Origin: the human T2T-CHM13v2.0 reference genome, Homo sapiens
Direction: 5' to 3' (one strand)
NCBI RefSeq assembly: GCF_009914755.1
Contig: NC_060930.1
Length of the DNA stretch: 64,000 nt
In this document: positions 15,701 through 29,794 of the stretch, in pieces
Position numbering within the stretch: position 1 is the stretch's first letter
Layout: each line of letters starts with the position of its first letter
Program-made: the position numbers and the translations under genes
Notes under the pieces: model-generated
Databases searched by the model: none
What the model was told of the DNA's origin: nothing
The model's input: the letters and a program-made list of their open reading frames with translations, nothing else

Positions 15701-18198
15701 TTGAGCAGGTAATCTCTTTGCTGAAACTTTTAGGAAGAGCACACATTCCTCAAAGAGATTATTTATACAGTCAAGCTAACCTAAATACCAATAAGCACTA
15801 ATTGAATAGGAGTAGGAATAAGTAGATTGACCTTTAAAGAAAATTACTTTACATCCTTTATAACCTTGCTAATGTAAATTCTTCATTTTTAACTATGAGT
15901 CAATTAACGGCTCATCATTTAAAAATAATAGCATCTGTTTGTTTCTGATTATTTTTGGACTTTAAAATTATTCAGTTTTTATTGTACAAAATCAGGAAAA
16001 ATAGAACTAAAACATCAATAAATTAATCATTCTAAGATAATTAATTTATAAGAAAGTTATATTTCTTTTATGCATATACACATAAAATGACTGCTTTTAT
16101 GTATGCAAATTTATATACATATAATTCTTCACTATTTTTACAGCGTTTTTAAAATTTAACCTATGAGTCATTCAAGAGCTCATTATGTATTCAAAATACT
16201 TCTCTCTGACGTCACACATATTTGAGTTTCAGTTTGGTTCATAATAAATAATTGTTTGACTTTCAGATATTTAAAACTTGTTGTGCTATTAAATCTGTCA
16301 ATGTTTTCCTTACTGTTTCCTTCTTTTGCTTTTTTTGTTTTGTTTTGTTTTATTTATTTATTTTTAATTAATTAATTTTTAATTTTTCTGCCATAATTTG
16401 CTTTGTTTCTTCCATAGGTACATGTAACTTCCAAATGTATATGTTTTCTTATTTCACAATACATAGGTCATTTCTCACATAGCTTCCATTATTGAATTAC
16501 TCTCAATTACATTTTTGGATATGGTCTTAACTACTGATTTGTTGTTTTAGAATCAAGTGTAGTTCTTAGTACCTCCAATATAGGCTCAGTTCTTACCTCT
16601 TTAGTCTTCTTATACCTTTCCTATGTCTCATATGTCTTTATTAATCTCATTTCATTCTTATGAGATTTTAGTTTCTACTTATTTCTTAACTATTTTTAGA
16701 ATGTGGAGCAATTCTCAGTCATCATATTCTTCAATGCCTTAAGTAAATTGTTTTAAAAGTATAACCGTCTTCAGAAACACTTAGATATTTTTCTCATCCT
16801 CTTGTTTATATATAATTATTGTGAAAATAATTATATAGACAAGATGATTTAGAAAATATTTTCTGCTTGCTTTCACATCAATTAAGATATATATAGTTAA
16901 ATGCTATATTTTCTAACATACAGGTCCACAAATTATTTTTAACTCACTCTTGACCTGGGAAATAGTTCGGATTTTTCAGATATTCGGGTCCATGACTGTG
17001 AAAGTACACATCTTTTAGCCATGAGAACTGTCCTGAGAAAATATTCTTAAATTCAGTTCAACAAACTCTATTTTTAGTAGTCATTCCTTGAAGATTCTGT
17101 TGTAAGTGGAAAATGAGAGAAGCTGAATTTCAACTAGACATTTCTTACAGCTCATCTAAGAATTTTCAGAAGTATTTGGGATGGCTACTAGTTGGTTAGA
17201 TTCTGGTCACATCTTGTTCCAGCAGAACCCAAGAATAGTGAGATAGCAGGGAAAGAAATATAACAACACAATGTAAATTAGAAATAAGGACAGAGGTCCA
17301 CTTTGCAAAGCAGCATTTATTCTCCTTTCTATAACAGTAGGGTGGGGTTTGCAACCAATTGTTTTTTTTTTACAATAGAAAACAAATTGTTCTTGTTTTC
17401 AAAGTATCTTTTCATTTTCTATCATAACATACAAACAGTTTAAAAAAGGAAGAGCATAAAGGATGGTACCTGTAGTTATCCTCCAGTTGTATAATTGATA
17501 AGAAAAAATAATTGAAGAACAATATTATGTGAGTAGATTAGCCATAAGCTATGGGAAATTCCAACTTTGATGTGATTTTATCTCGGGCATTTGCTCCATT
17601 CTCTTGACATAAGTTTCCCCATTAATGAAATGAGAACTTAACCGAAAATATACAAAAAATATTAATTTATATTCTTAACGTGCTTAGCTGATATAAAAAT
17701 CATATTATGTAAGTAAAAATAATGTTCTTCAATGTACATAAGAACTTTAAGGTACTTTAATTCCCGATGGAGAAATGTCTCAAAAGTTACTGAGGCTTAA
17801 AACTTTGGATTTCAAATATGGCAGCTCTCTGTGAGCAATAAGGTGTCTACTAATACAAAATGAAAGTTATTAATGACTAAAAAGTATCCCTGAGTCAAGC
17901 ATTGATTCCAGTCAAACTTAGATTTTGAAGATTTATTTCTTATAAAAAGAAATAAAATTAACCAAAATAACCAAATATAAAGAAATAAAACTAAGCAGAT
18001 TGACCTAACCAAAATATACAATTTGATTCACATCTTAACAGATATCTGTATCTTCAACTTTTTAAAATCACTTTTACCAAATTATATCAGAGAAATGTTC
18101 AGACATTTAACTTGATAATAATCCTACAAGACATTTTAAAAACACGAAGGCTACCATTAGATATTATAGATAGTAGTGTTGTGGTTGAAGGCATTCTT

Positions 18199-18527
18199 TC
18201 TAATTTTTTAAAATTTTATTTTATTTAGATTCAGGGAGTACATGTGCAGGTTTGTTATATGGGTATATTGTATAAGGTTGGGGTTTGAGATTCTCTTGAA
18301 TCCGTCACCCAATAAGTGAAAATACTATCCAATGGGTAGTTTTTCAACCCTTGCCTCTCTCTCTCTCCCTTCCTCCTTTTGGAGTACCCAGTGTCAATTA
18401 TTTCTATTTTTATGTCCATGTGTAGCAGTTGTTTAGCTCCAACTTTTAAGTGAGAACACATGGTATTTGGTTTTCTGTTTCTGCATTAATTCACTTAGGA
18501 TAATAACGTCCAGCTGCATCCATGTTG
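18199..18527 (-). mobile_element. L1PB/L1MA 3' fragment
   Basis: Antisense L1 3'UTR; 15-bp TSD gttgaaggcattctt at 18184-18198 and 18524-18538. Confidence 0.85.
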
Positions 18528-19752
18528 AAGGCATTCTTGTTTGATCTACTCCTTGTCACCTTTGATGTGAAACAGTGCTACTTAAATGTTGCAGGTTTAT
18601 TCAATATTTTTATTCACTGAAGCTATACCCAAGAACTTAAGAAGCAATGCATAACTCAGTTTTATATGCTATCTCTGGATCTATGGGGAACTCTTTAAAC
18701 TCAATAAGCTGTGACTCTGACTGAATATCCAGTATTAGGAATCAGTATATGTCAGTGGTAATCACCCTAAAAGTTACAATGAAAGCTGAGTAGAGAAATA
18801 TATATATACCTCTAGCTCTAAATTCTTTTATAAATTTATGTATTTGGGGCCCATATACATATATGGCTAAGGTAAAAGTGTGTTTATCACCAAGTCAAAA
18901 GCAAACAGAAATCAGTTCAAAATAATAGGAAAGTCAAGTCACTGGGATGTCTATGACCTCAGTTTGGAGGCAATGTCATCAGTATAAATTCTACAGCATT
19001 TAATTACTAACAGTGTGAAAAATCACAATTAATGTCTCTTATTATGATTACAACAAAATTTTGTGCATTACATTAATGTTTACAAGTTACAAATCGATTT
19101 TGTTATAGTCTTCATCCATGGATAATTCTATGGGACTCAGAAAATCAAATGACATAACCAATGTCACATTGACTTAAGCAACATCACATCTCAGTTGTAA
19201 CTCAAACATAGCTTTCACATTAAATTCATGTATATTTTATTTTTGTATGCCTTCTACTCAATGGAAAGATCATGGAATCAATAATCAGTTAACCAGGTTG
19301 TAGTTTTGGATATGGCACTGTGTTTTGAACAAGCCATTTAAGTTATTTTAATGGTATTAAAATAATTAAAGAAACTTATAGATACTTTATCATTACTATA
19401 ATTCATTCATCTTAGTGTATAGTAACTCATCTATGCTTGTTGACACAGAATTCTGCCCAGGTTAGAGATAGGGAAGCGAATTATAGATAAATTAGTCTAC
19501 AGGTATAGAAAATAAAATGAGCATAAAAAGTCTTCATCAGGGATAAACGTAATTTCTTTACTAGCTATGCGTTTTTAGAATAGGAGCAATCTGATCAGAT
19601 GTAGAGAAATCAGAGAAGGCCTTTTAAAGAAATAATAAGAAATAACACCAGATAGAGATAAACTACTGTAATGTAAGCTGCATAAAGAAACAGCCAGGAG
19701 CAATGCTGGAACATAGTTGGCGCTAAATATGTGTGGAATACATAATTAGGTG

Positions 19753-19787
19753 ACAATAACAACAACAACAACAACAACAACAAAAAC
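19753..19787. repeat. (AAC)n microsatellite
   Basis: Directly visible. Confidence 0.9.
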
Positions 19788-21496
19788 CCTGCAGACTTAG
19801 TTAACTCTTTCTTCAGTCTGAAACAAAAACAAGTCGTTACTTGGATTTTATTCCAGTTTTTATAGCATAATAACGTTGGCAGCTTTAGATATATGCACAT
19901 ACATTAACACACATGAACATATTCACAAATGTGCATATGCATATACACCTACACAGAATATGTTTAATTTCTTGGAATATATCTTAGAACCACATCACAA
20001 ACAAGTAGGCGGAAACAACAAAATATGAATTATTCTAAGAAGCAAGAGCCCAATTGGGGGCCCTTATTCTATCTCTTGAAATTTTCCACTAATAGAAACT
20101 TTCCTTGTCAAGAGAGAGATTGTCAAATCCACACTAGGTTTATAAAATCTGAGATAAAATAAAATTTATAGAAAGATGAAAACGTGTAATTTCCTCTTAT
20201 GCTCATAAATTTTCAACATTACTTCTTAAAAAAAATCATGTTTTTCTGCTAGACTTGTACAATTCTAGCTAAGAGCCTGCTGTGTAGAGCATGTCAAAAT
20301 CTTTTGAGCTAATAACTGCATCTGACTTGATAAACAGAGCTGTACTATTTTTTTTCCGTGAATATTATGCATTTGCCCAATTTTACATTTTTTAATGAAA
20401 TGTCCAAGGCCTATTATTTCAGAAAAACATACATTCACTTTATTTTACCAAAATATTTTTTTAAATCCATCCTCAAATTCTTTGTGTTAGTCTAAAAATA
20501 GTTTACATACATAGCTAAATACACAAAGATAATAGCATATAGGAAGAACATTGTTCTTTCAAGTACTGTGTTTCTCATCTGATTAGTTAGCAATTTGTAC
20601 AATTACACTTAAATGGATGCAATGCTGATATCACTGCTTATTTTACTGCAGTAGTAAAACAGGTACAGTGCTATCTGCCCTGCTTGTTTATAATATTACC
20701 ATAAACAATTTTGTGTGCACTCTATTTCAATTTCTCAGCTTGATTAGCTAACAATCTTCACTAAAACATTCAAGGTAAAATGGAAAGCTAATTGCATAGA
20801 GATTTTTAAGCTCATTTGCACACAACAGCATTTGTTAGTACCAATGAAGGTAAAAAACAGTATGACTTCTCTCCTAGCTTCACTAATTCCCTCTGCTAAT
20901 TCAAAATGTCCACATAGAAACCAAATGAGGTAGAACATAAAAATAGTATTTTTGGTAAGGGCAGTATTTGAAAAGAAGAAAATGTTTCTTGGGTCTATGT
21001 ACAGGTGATGAATCACTTTTATTCTATTATATTGTGCAAATTTTAGAATGTTCCATCTAATGATGTAAAGAAAGCTAAAGATTCTTTATAGAAATGGTTT
21101 TCATTCATTGCATTCTCCTGCAATTTTCTGTTAGGTATCTCTTTTTCACTCCTAGCAACTGAATGATATCAATTATGGGATTATAAAGAAGGAATCTAGG
21201 TGATAAAAGGCTCAAAATATATAACACAGAGAACTGGTATAAAAATTTTTCTTCCTAGAATGGTAAATAGAAAAGTTTAATAAAGAGTGTAAAGCCAGGT
21301 CAAAATGGGATTCTCTTAATTTTTAAAAGCATCAAAAATGATTATAAAATATAATATTTTAGCACAGTTAAAGTACTGTTGAATTATAAACTTTGAAAGA
21401 TAGCAGTCATAAATATATATGGACTTAGAGGTCAATAAATTCAAAGTACTTTTTTTAAAAATAATAATTTTCTGGTAAAAAGTCCATAAAAGGAGG

Positions 21497-21932
21497 TGTT
21501 ATGGTTTGGATCTATGTTCCCACCAAATCTCATGTAAAATTATAATCTCTAGTGCTGCAGGTAGGGCCCGGTGGGAGATGATTGGATCATAGAGGTAGAG
21601 TTCTCATGAATGGGTTAGCACTATCCTCTAGGCTCTGTTGTCATGAGAATGGGAACATAAATGATTTATCATAAGATCTGGTTGTTTCAAAAGTGTGTAG
21701 CACCTCCCCCATCTCTCTTGCTCGCTCCTGTTCTGGCCATGTAAGACATTCCTGCTTTCCCTTCACCTTCCACCATGATTCTGTTTCCTGAGGTCTCTCT
21801 AGAAGCTGAGCCAATGCCAGCATCATGCCCCCTGTACAGCCTGTCAAACCATGAGCTAATTAAATCCCTTTTCTTTATAAATTACCCAGACTCAGGTATT
21901 TATTTATAGCAGTGTGAGAACAGCCTAATATA
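21497..21932 (+). mobile_element. Solo MST (MSTA/MSTB) MaLR LTR
   Basis: tgttatggtttggatctatgttcccaccaaatctcatg...tttatagcagtgtgagaacagcctaatata. Confidence 0.88.
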
Positions 21933-22059
21933 AAGAGGTCTGAAACTTTTGTTAATGATCTAGTTAAAAGCCAAAAAAAAAAAAAAAAAAGAAAAATGCT
22001 GGTGTTCATTCTTAGTCTGATATGGAATTAATAATTGTATTGTTTTTAAAATGAAAATG

Positions 22060-22770
22060 TTCACACCAGTCAGAATGGCAATTATTCAAAAATCAGAAAA
22101 ATAAAGATCCTGGTGAGGCTGTGGAGAAGAGGGAATGTTTATACATTGTTGGTGGGAATGTAAATTAGTTCAGCCACTGTGGAAAGCAGTTTGGAAGTTT
22201 TTCAAAAAACCCTAAAAATAGAAACTACCATTCTACTCAGGCATCTCATTACTGGGTATATATTCAAAGGAAAATCAATGGTTCTACACAAAAGACACCA
22301 ATGTTCATTGCAGCACTACTCACAATAGTAAAGAGATGGAATCAAACTTAGTTCCCATGAATGGTGGATTAGATAAAGATACAGCGGTACATATACACTA
22401 TGGAATACTTTGCAGCCATAAAAAGAAAAAAATCCTGTCCTTTGCAGCAACATAGATGCAGCTGGAAGCCATTACTCTAAGCAAATTAACATAGAAACAG
22501 AAAACTGAATATTTCATGTACTCACTTACAAGAGGGAGCTAAATCTTGGTTATCTTGGGTACACATGGCCATAAACATGGGAAAAATAGACACTAGGGAC
22601 TACAAAAGAAGGGAAAGAGTTGAAGCAAGGGCTGAAAAACTAACTATTGGGTGCTATGTTCACTATCTGTGTGATGAGATCAATAAAACCCCAACTTCAA
22701 CATCATACAATATACCCTTGTAACAAACCTGCACGTGTATCCACTGAATCTAAAATAAAAAGTGTGAAAT
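22060..22770 (+). mobile_element. L1PA15/16-L1PB type 3' fragment
   Basis: cacaccagtcagaatggc...gtaacaaacctgcacgtgtatccactgaatctaaaataaaa. Confidence 0.85.
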
Positions 22771-23992
22771 TTTACCTAGTTCGTTTGGTTAGAGGCAAAA
22801 ATAACGCTTTTCTCCTCACCATGGCCCTACAAATACTTTCTCTGTATCCACTTTCCCCTTTCTGTAGATCAAGTCTCAGTCTTTTATCATTTTTTTTGGA
22901 ATAAATAAATTGCTTCCTCCTAGATATATCTAAAAAGATCCAGTCCAGCATAGCATCAAATCTTCAGACTTTTCTTCAACTTAATCCTTCCCTGGGCCCC
23001 AGTTCTAGTCCTCTTTAGCACTGCATGCTTGCAGGTGGGGTAGGTGCTATGAGCCCTTCTCTCTCTCTCTCTTTTTTGTTTTTCAATCTCCTCCACTAAG
23101 GAGCTGCAATATTGGTCCTGCCGATTCTGAAGCAGTGGTTGGAGGGCAAAGAAATAAGAAGCCATGAAGTTTTATTTGAATTGAAGCTATGTAATCTGTG
23201 TTTGGCTGCCTCTGTGTGTGAGTGATTCCAGTATATAATTTAATACAGTCTTGAGGCAAGAGCAGATATGTTGCTTAGATGACTTTTTTTTTCTATTCCC
23301 TGGCTGCTCTCATCTATACTTCTTTGAAGTAAACCATGCCTCCTCTGACCTCTCATGCATATTATCTCTGCTAACTGGTTTCAGATATCCCTCTTTGATT
23401 CACCCTTTCCCTTACACTGTCCTCTTGTGCAGTGTTCCAGTCAAGTTTGCCCCATCTACCTGCCTTCCAGGAAATACAACATACCCATATTCTTTATGCT
23501 TGCAACCATGCACTGTCTTTTATTTTGAAAGCAAAAGCATTGACAAACAGTCCTCTTTACTTTGGTATTTAGTAGTGGCTTGTGAAGTGCTGGCTCTAAA
23601 CTTCAGACTTTTCAGGATGTGTCAGAAACCAGTCCCTCATACTTCAGGGACTATACATCGAGTTCTCCAGGTGATTTTTTTGCACTCTTGGGAGAATTAT
23701 CTATGCACACCCTTCACCACCAGCATGCAAGCCCCCAAATATCTTCCTCCAAAGAAGAAACTTCTCTAGGCTCCTCAGCTGCCCAACTAATAATTTGCCT
23801 TCTCTTAAGTAGCTTCCAAGTCACTGATGAGTTAATGCTGGCTAAACCAATTTCACAATTGTTTATCAAGACTTACATGCACATTCTAGCATATCATATC
23901 AGAATCTGGAGTACCTGGTTCCTACTGTATTATACTTAATCTTTGAAATTCAGCCATAACCATATGGAACATAAGAAAGGTTATATTGTTGC

Positions 23993-23993
23993 A

Positions 23994-24027
<34 letters not shown>

Positions 24028-24036
24028 ACACACACA
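23993..24036. repeat. (TC)n(CA)n microsatellite
   Basis: Directly visible. Confidence 0.85.
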
Positions 24037-24294
24037 TTGACAAAAGGGATTCAGTTTATTCATTATTAGGTTCTTGAGCATTTGTAACTTTACACAGAAA
24101 GGCAATAGGGGAAGAATTGTCATCTACTACTATTGATTTATATTTCAAAATTATTAATTGGTTTCACAATTTATTTCAAATTTCATATAAGGGGGCCTGC
24201 TGCATTAATTTGTTCTGTAAAGTGCTAAAAACTCTAGCTTCTCTTCATATATCCCAACATAATCACACATAAAATATGCCAATTTAAAATATAA

Positions 24295-24603
24295 CACAGG
24301 CACAGTGGTTCATGCCTGTAATAGTAGCACTTTGGGAGGTCAAGGAGGGAGAATCACTTGAGGTCAAGAGTTTGAGACCAGCCTGGCCAATATAGAGAGA
24401 CCTCATCTCTATAAAAATAAAAATAAAGAAATTAGTCAGGTATGGTGGCATGCAACTGTAGTCTCAGATACTTGGGAGGCTAAGGCTGGAGGATTGCTTA
24501 AACCCAGGAGTTTGAGGTTGCAGTGAGCTATTATCATGCCCCTATACTCCAGGCTGGCAATAGAGAGAGACTCTGTCTCTAAAACACAAACAAATAGATA
24601 AAT
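24295..24603 (+). mobile_element. AluJ
   Basis: Diverged dimeric Alu with aggattgcttaaacccaggag. Confidence 0.88.
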
Positions 24604-24759
24604 ATATACTACATAACTTACTCATAAATTAGCGAATCACACAATTGTTCTCTCTGGATGGTTACTGAAAGTCTAGTGTTAGAAGGGAAGTTAGATTTTT
24701 GAGGGTGCTAAGATGATTTTACAATGTAAAATTCCTGCTCTGGCAATCACCCTTCCCCC

Positions 24760-25647
24760 TTTTCTTTTCTTTCTTTTTATTATTATTATTATACTTTAAG
24801 TTTTAGGGTACATGTGCACATTGTGCAGGTTAGTTACATATGTATACATGTGCCACGCTGGTGTGCTGCACCCATTAACTCGTCATTTAGCATTAGGTAT
24901 ATCTCCTAATGCTATCCCTCCCCCCTCCCCCCACCCCACAACAGTCCCCAGAGTGTGATGTTCCCCTTCCTGTGTCCATGTGTTCTCATTGTTCAATTCC
25001 CATCTATGAGTGACAATATGCGGTGTTTGGTTTTTTGTCCTTGCGATAGTTTACTGAGAATGATGATTTCCAATTTCATCCATGTCCCTACAAAGGACAT
25101 GAACTCATCATTTTTGATGGCTGCATAGTATTCCATGGTGTATATGTGCCACATTTTCTTAATCCAGTCTATCATTGTTGGACATTTGGGTTGGTTCCAA
25201 GTCTTTGCTATTGTGAATATTGCCGCAATAAACATACGTGTGCATGTGTCTTTATAGCAGCATGATTTAGAGTCCTTTGGGTATATACCCAGTAATGGGA
25301 TGGCTGGGTCAAATGGTATTTCTAGTTCTAGATCCCTGAGAATCGCCACACTGACTTCCACAATGGTTGAACGAGTTTACAGTCCCACCAACAGTGTGAA
25401 AGTGTTCCTATTTCTCCACATCCTCTCCAGCACCTGTTGTTTCCTGACTTTTTAATGATTGCCATTCTAACTGGTGTGAGATGGTATCTCATTGTGGTTT
25501 TGATTTGCATTTCTCTGATGGCCAGTGATGGTGAGCATTTTTTCATGTGTCTTTTGGCTACATAAATGTCTTCTTTTGAGAAGTGTCTGTTCATATCCTT
25601 CACCCACTTTTTGATGGGGTTGTTTGTTTTTTTCTTGTAAATTTGTA
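24760..25647 (-). mobile_element. Young L1PA (L1PA2-4-like) 3' fragment
   Basis: Near-consensus antisense 3'UTR and ORF2 C-terminus ([12 protein letters not shown]...; [14 protein letters not shown]); (TAT)n tail. Confidence 0.93.
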
Positions 25648-25889
25648 ATTTTCCTACAATTTTTCAAATAAGTCATCTCCAAGAAATAAAACCTCTAATG
25701 GTAATTAAAGCCCTACTTCACTAGGTGCTGCACAATTTGAAGTTCATAACACCACATTCAGAGCCACATTTGGCTTGAGTTGAAGTTCTACTGGCCCTAA
25801 TCCAAACCTTGAAAATAATGTTTAAGTATACCTATTGGGACCATATACACACACATCCACACAGTACATTCACTACATTAACTCTTATA

Positions 25890-26225
25890 GGATTGGTTAT
25901 TCTACCATAACAAACATCCACACAATCTGAGTAACTTAATACAAGAGGCGTACTTCTTGTTTATGCTACATTTCCAATGCGCATCAGTATGGTCATTGCC
26001 AACACTCAGGCATTCAAGACAGGAACAATAGAATATAGAAAATTGCATATTGTCTCCTAATTCCCAGAACACAACATACACTTCTCAGACTCAATTTCAT
26101 TAGCTAAAGCAAATACTATACCTAGACTTAACTTCAAAGGGAGTAGAAACATATACAAGTCTACCTGCCCCTAAATGGAGAAGAGGATCAAAATATTTGG
26201 AAACATCCCAAATGACTTACACAAG
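25890..26225 (-). mobile_element. Old MLT1-type LTR fragment
   Basis: ccataacaaacatccacacaatctgagtaacttaatacaag and ttagctaaagcaaat...aacttcaaaggg resemble old MaLR LTRs. Confidence 0.45.
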
Positions 26226-26288
26226 TCCATTAACCAAAAAAGTTACAAGGACTTAAAGAGACAGACTAATGCAATCATGCTTTCAAAG

Positions 26289-26607
26289 CAGGATTCCCTA
26301 AACTTCTGGCCAACGTCCTTGGCCTGTTAGAAACTGGGCCACACCGGCAGGAGGTAAGCCATGGGCAAGTGAGCATTACCACCTGAGCTCTGCCTACTGT
26401 CAGATCAGCAGCAGCTTTGGATTCTGCCTGAAGCACCAAACCTATTGTGATTGTGCATGTGAGGGATCTGGGTCGTGCTCTCCTTATGAGACACTAATGC
26501 TCGATCATCTGAGGTGGGATAGTTTCGTCTTGAAACCATCCCTACACCCCTCTCAAATTGTCTTCCGTGAAACTCGTCCCTGGTGCCAACAAGGTTGAGG
26601 ACTGCTG
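26289..26607 (+). mobile_element. MER1B (hAT-Charlie)
   Basis: cagg...ggcctgttagaaactgggccacac...ccctggtgccaacaaggttgaggactgctg; degenerate 8-bp TSD tttcaaag/ttttaagg. Confidence 0.85.
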
Positions 26608-26649
26608 TTTTAAGGAATAGCAACTGCACTCATCACCAGAGCATGGTCT

Positions 26650-26990
26650 AATGTAGCAGTTTTCAATACATGGTCCATGGACTGTTGGGTTTCTCAAACA
26701 CTCGAAACATTTTCATGATAATATTGGGATGTTCCTTGCCTTTTTCACTCCTCTTCTCTCACTAGTTTATGGTGGGAATTTCCACAAGCCACATGCCATG
26801 TCATATTTGCAACAGAGTTTATCCAGCTCCTCTCTATGAAACCAGGAATTTTTTTAAAAAGATTTAAAATGTAAAACAATGCCATTCCTCATTAAATTTT
26901 TGTCTGCAAAATATAGCCATTGTTTGCGAAAATGCATTGTTTAACATATAATGAATTTATCTTTTTAATTAATTAATAAATACTTGACTT
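26650..26990. mobile_element. hAT-Charlie-like fragment
   Basis: gcagttttcaatacatggtccatggac terminus and Charlie-like internal sequence. Confidence 0.4.
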
Positions 26991-26999
26991 GCAACAATT

Positions 27000-28110
27000 T
27001 AGAACACCTCCAAGGGTAATTCTAACTTTAGACTTCCTCATGGGATCAGCTGAGACCTTTGTCATTACTGCATAATAGTTAAATTTCTTCCTCTTCCTGG
27101 TCTTCCTTCCTTTAATACCCCATAGTTGTTGTTTCTAAGAGCACTCTCCAGTAAACTTCTTGTATACAAATCTGTGTCTTAGTACCTGTTTACACAGAGA
27201 ATCCATGTAAGATAGTTGGTGCAAGGAGTGATCCAAAGAAGCAGATACAAAAACTTAATTTTAGAGCTCTGTTACCCTCTGGCCAGCGGACAGGGAGGGT
27301 CCCATCACTGGTGGTAAATGAAGCACTGATAACACCTGTTAAGTGGTAATAGTGCATTTTAACACTTTCACTAATGATGAATTGGGACGGAATGCCAAGA
27401 ATGCACTGATGGGTCCTGTGTAGCAGATATTTAGAAAGTGTGGTGTAAATAATAGCATGAGAATTGTTGATTTAAATGGCTCTTTCTAGGACTGATTAAT
27501 GATATGGAAAGAGACTAAGAGTGATCAATCACCAACTATAGGTAAACAGTGAAAGCAAGAGGGGGGCCTTAGAGCATGCGGAAATGATCAATTTCTCAAT
27601 TAGGAAGCCAGGAAAAGCTGATGATCAGTCCAGTGCACAATCATAAGAGTAGAAGAGCTCTGGAAGAGGTCAAATTGTATAGTCCATAGCTTGTTATCTT
27701 AATGTTAGGGTCCCAGAAGGAAGAAGTGGGATCCTCAGAGATGATACACCCAAAGACCTTAAATCCTCAGATTTTCCTTAACTGTCTTCAAGTAACCTAA
27801 TTGCAGCTGTTGTGATAGATGTAGTATCATTATTATAGTAGATTAACATTATCACAGGAACCTGACATGTGGTCATTGAGTTGACAAAAACATTCCTTTT
27901 ACTCCTATCAGAAAGGAGGATTAGCAACATTTTACATTAATTTGGAATGGGCTACATTGTACATTTATAATCTTGCTATATTAACTTTTCTACCCTCTGT
28001 TATAGTATAGTCTCTAGCAACCTGGATCATAGCAATATTTTATTTCACAGATAATATATTCTTCCACACTAAAAATATTAATAGGAACAGCTGGGCAAGA
28101 AGTTGAACAA
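27000..28110 (+). mobile_element. ERVL fossil: LTR16-like LTR (~27000-27212) plus internal gag/pol remnants
   Basis: LTR end (agtaaacttcttgtatacaaatc...taagata) followed by gttggtgcaaggagtg. 27795-27980 translates loosely to an ERVL RT segment (PIAAVV.DVVSLL..INI..GT...VIELT..F). Confidence 0.65.
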
Positions 28111-28229
28111 ACTGTAAAAGAGTAAGTTGAAAAATTAGAGCTCATAAAAATTAAAAATGTCTACTCTTCAAAAGTCAATGTCGAAAGAATGAAAAGACAA
28201 GCTACCAATTGGGAGAAAATATTTATAAA

Positions 28230-28262
<33 letters not shown>

Positions 28263-28652
28263 TATGTGTGTGATTTATAAATATTTATATTTATATTATA
28301 TATATATATAATAAGGGACTTGTATCTAGAATACATAAGGAACTCTTAACGTCAATAATGAGGTAAACTGAATTTTTTTTAAAAAATTGACAAACATCTG
28401 ATTACTTAACCAAAGAAGATATAGGGTATGGGACATAAGCACCATGAAAAGGAATTCAACATCATTAGTAAATAGAAAAAGACAAATTGAAACCACAGTG
28501 AGATATCACTACACACCGATAGCTAGAATGGCTAAAACAATAACATTAACCATTCCAAGTGTTGAAAAATAACGTGAGAGAACTGGAATTTGTATGCACT
28601 GCTGGTGGGGATACAGAATGATATAACTACTTCAGAAACAGCTTGGATGTTT

Positions 28653-29116
28653 TGTAGCAGGACGAGCCACAGACAAGAACCCCTCAGACACCCTGTTGTT
28701 GAAGGAAAGGGCTTTATTCAGCTGGGAGCATCGGCGGACTCACGTCTCCAAAAACCGAGCTCCCCGAGTGAGCAATTCCTGTCCCTTCTAAGGGCTTACA
28801 ACTCTAAGGAGGTCCATGTGAGAGGGTCATGATCGATTGAGCAAGCAGCGGGTACGTGACTGGGGGCTGCATGTACAGGTAATCAGCATGGAACAGAATA
28901 GGACAGGGATTTTCACGATGCTTTTCCATACAATGTCTGGAATCTATACATAACACAAGCAGTTAGGTCAGGGGTTGATTTTTAACTACCAGGCCCAGGG
29001 CGCGGTGCTCGGCTATCTGCCTGTGGATTCCATTTCTGCCTTCTGGTTTTTACTGCTTCTTTCTTTGGAGGCAGAAATTGGGCATAAGACAATATGAGGC
29101 ATGGTCTCCTCCCTTA
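28653..29116 (-). mobile_element. Solo LTR2-family LTR (HERV-E/Harlequin, ERV1)
   Basis: Minus strand reads taagggaggagaccatgcctcatattgtcttatgcccaatttctgcctcc...gctcgtcctgctaca; 4-bp TSD gttt. Confidence 0.9.
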
Positions 29117-29147
29117 GTTTCTTCAATAAAACATACAACCATGATAT

Positions 29148-29794
29148 TGTTGTACCCAGGCGAGTTAAGGAAATGCCACACTTTGAGATGAATTAAGAGT
29201 CCTTTATTAATTAAGCCGGTTGCCAAAGAGAGCTAATGCTCAAAATTCTCTCGGCCACGAGGAAGGGGCTCGATTAACTTTTATACCTAGGTTTAGGAAG
29301 GGGAGGGGGACTCAAATGTAATAATTCTACAGAAGTAAAAACATGCAAGAATCAAAAGAAGCAAAATGGTTACAGAGTGATAAACAACTTAAAAGACAAA
29401 TGGTTACAAGAAGAGCAACGGTACCAGGTGCAAGGTTCTAAATCTTTCATTAAAATTAGATATAGGGTCTATGCCGGACATGAACTCAACGTTTTATGTT
29501 GTTATCTCTTGGAGAAAAATCCTGGGAACTTCATACATTGTTGGTGTTAGTACCTTATCAGTTAATTGGGCTCCTTTGAAATGCTGAGGATCTGTTTACC
29601 CAGGCCAACTCCTTACAAAAGGGGGTTGAGTGAGGAGCCCTTAGTGTCTTGTAAATTAAGGGGTCAATTGGAGTTTGTCAGGCCTTCCTAGCTAGAGTCA
29701 TATTTACATGAGAAGCAAGGCTAGGTGATTAAAGAGACAAGCAGGACAAAATTCAAAGTAACGAGTTAAAGTAAAAACAAGGTTAGGCATTTCA
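29148..29794 (-). mobile_element. Solo PABL-type LTR (ERV1)
   Basis: Minus strand reads tgaaatgcctaaccttgtttttact...ctcaaagtgtggcatttcc...gggtacaaca; 4-bp TSD atat. Confidence 0.75.

Noticed and set aside
16801-16843. Short imperfect hairpin cttgtttatatataattatt...aataattatatagacaag
   Set aside because: AT-rich and short; likely chance or low-complexity symmetry.
23251-23939. Overlapping 172-aa and 106-aa ORFs
   Set aside because: No recognisable homology or exon structure; consistent with chance ORFs.
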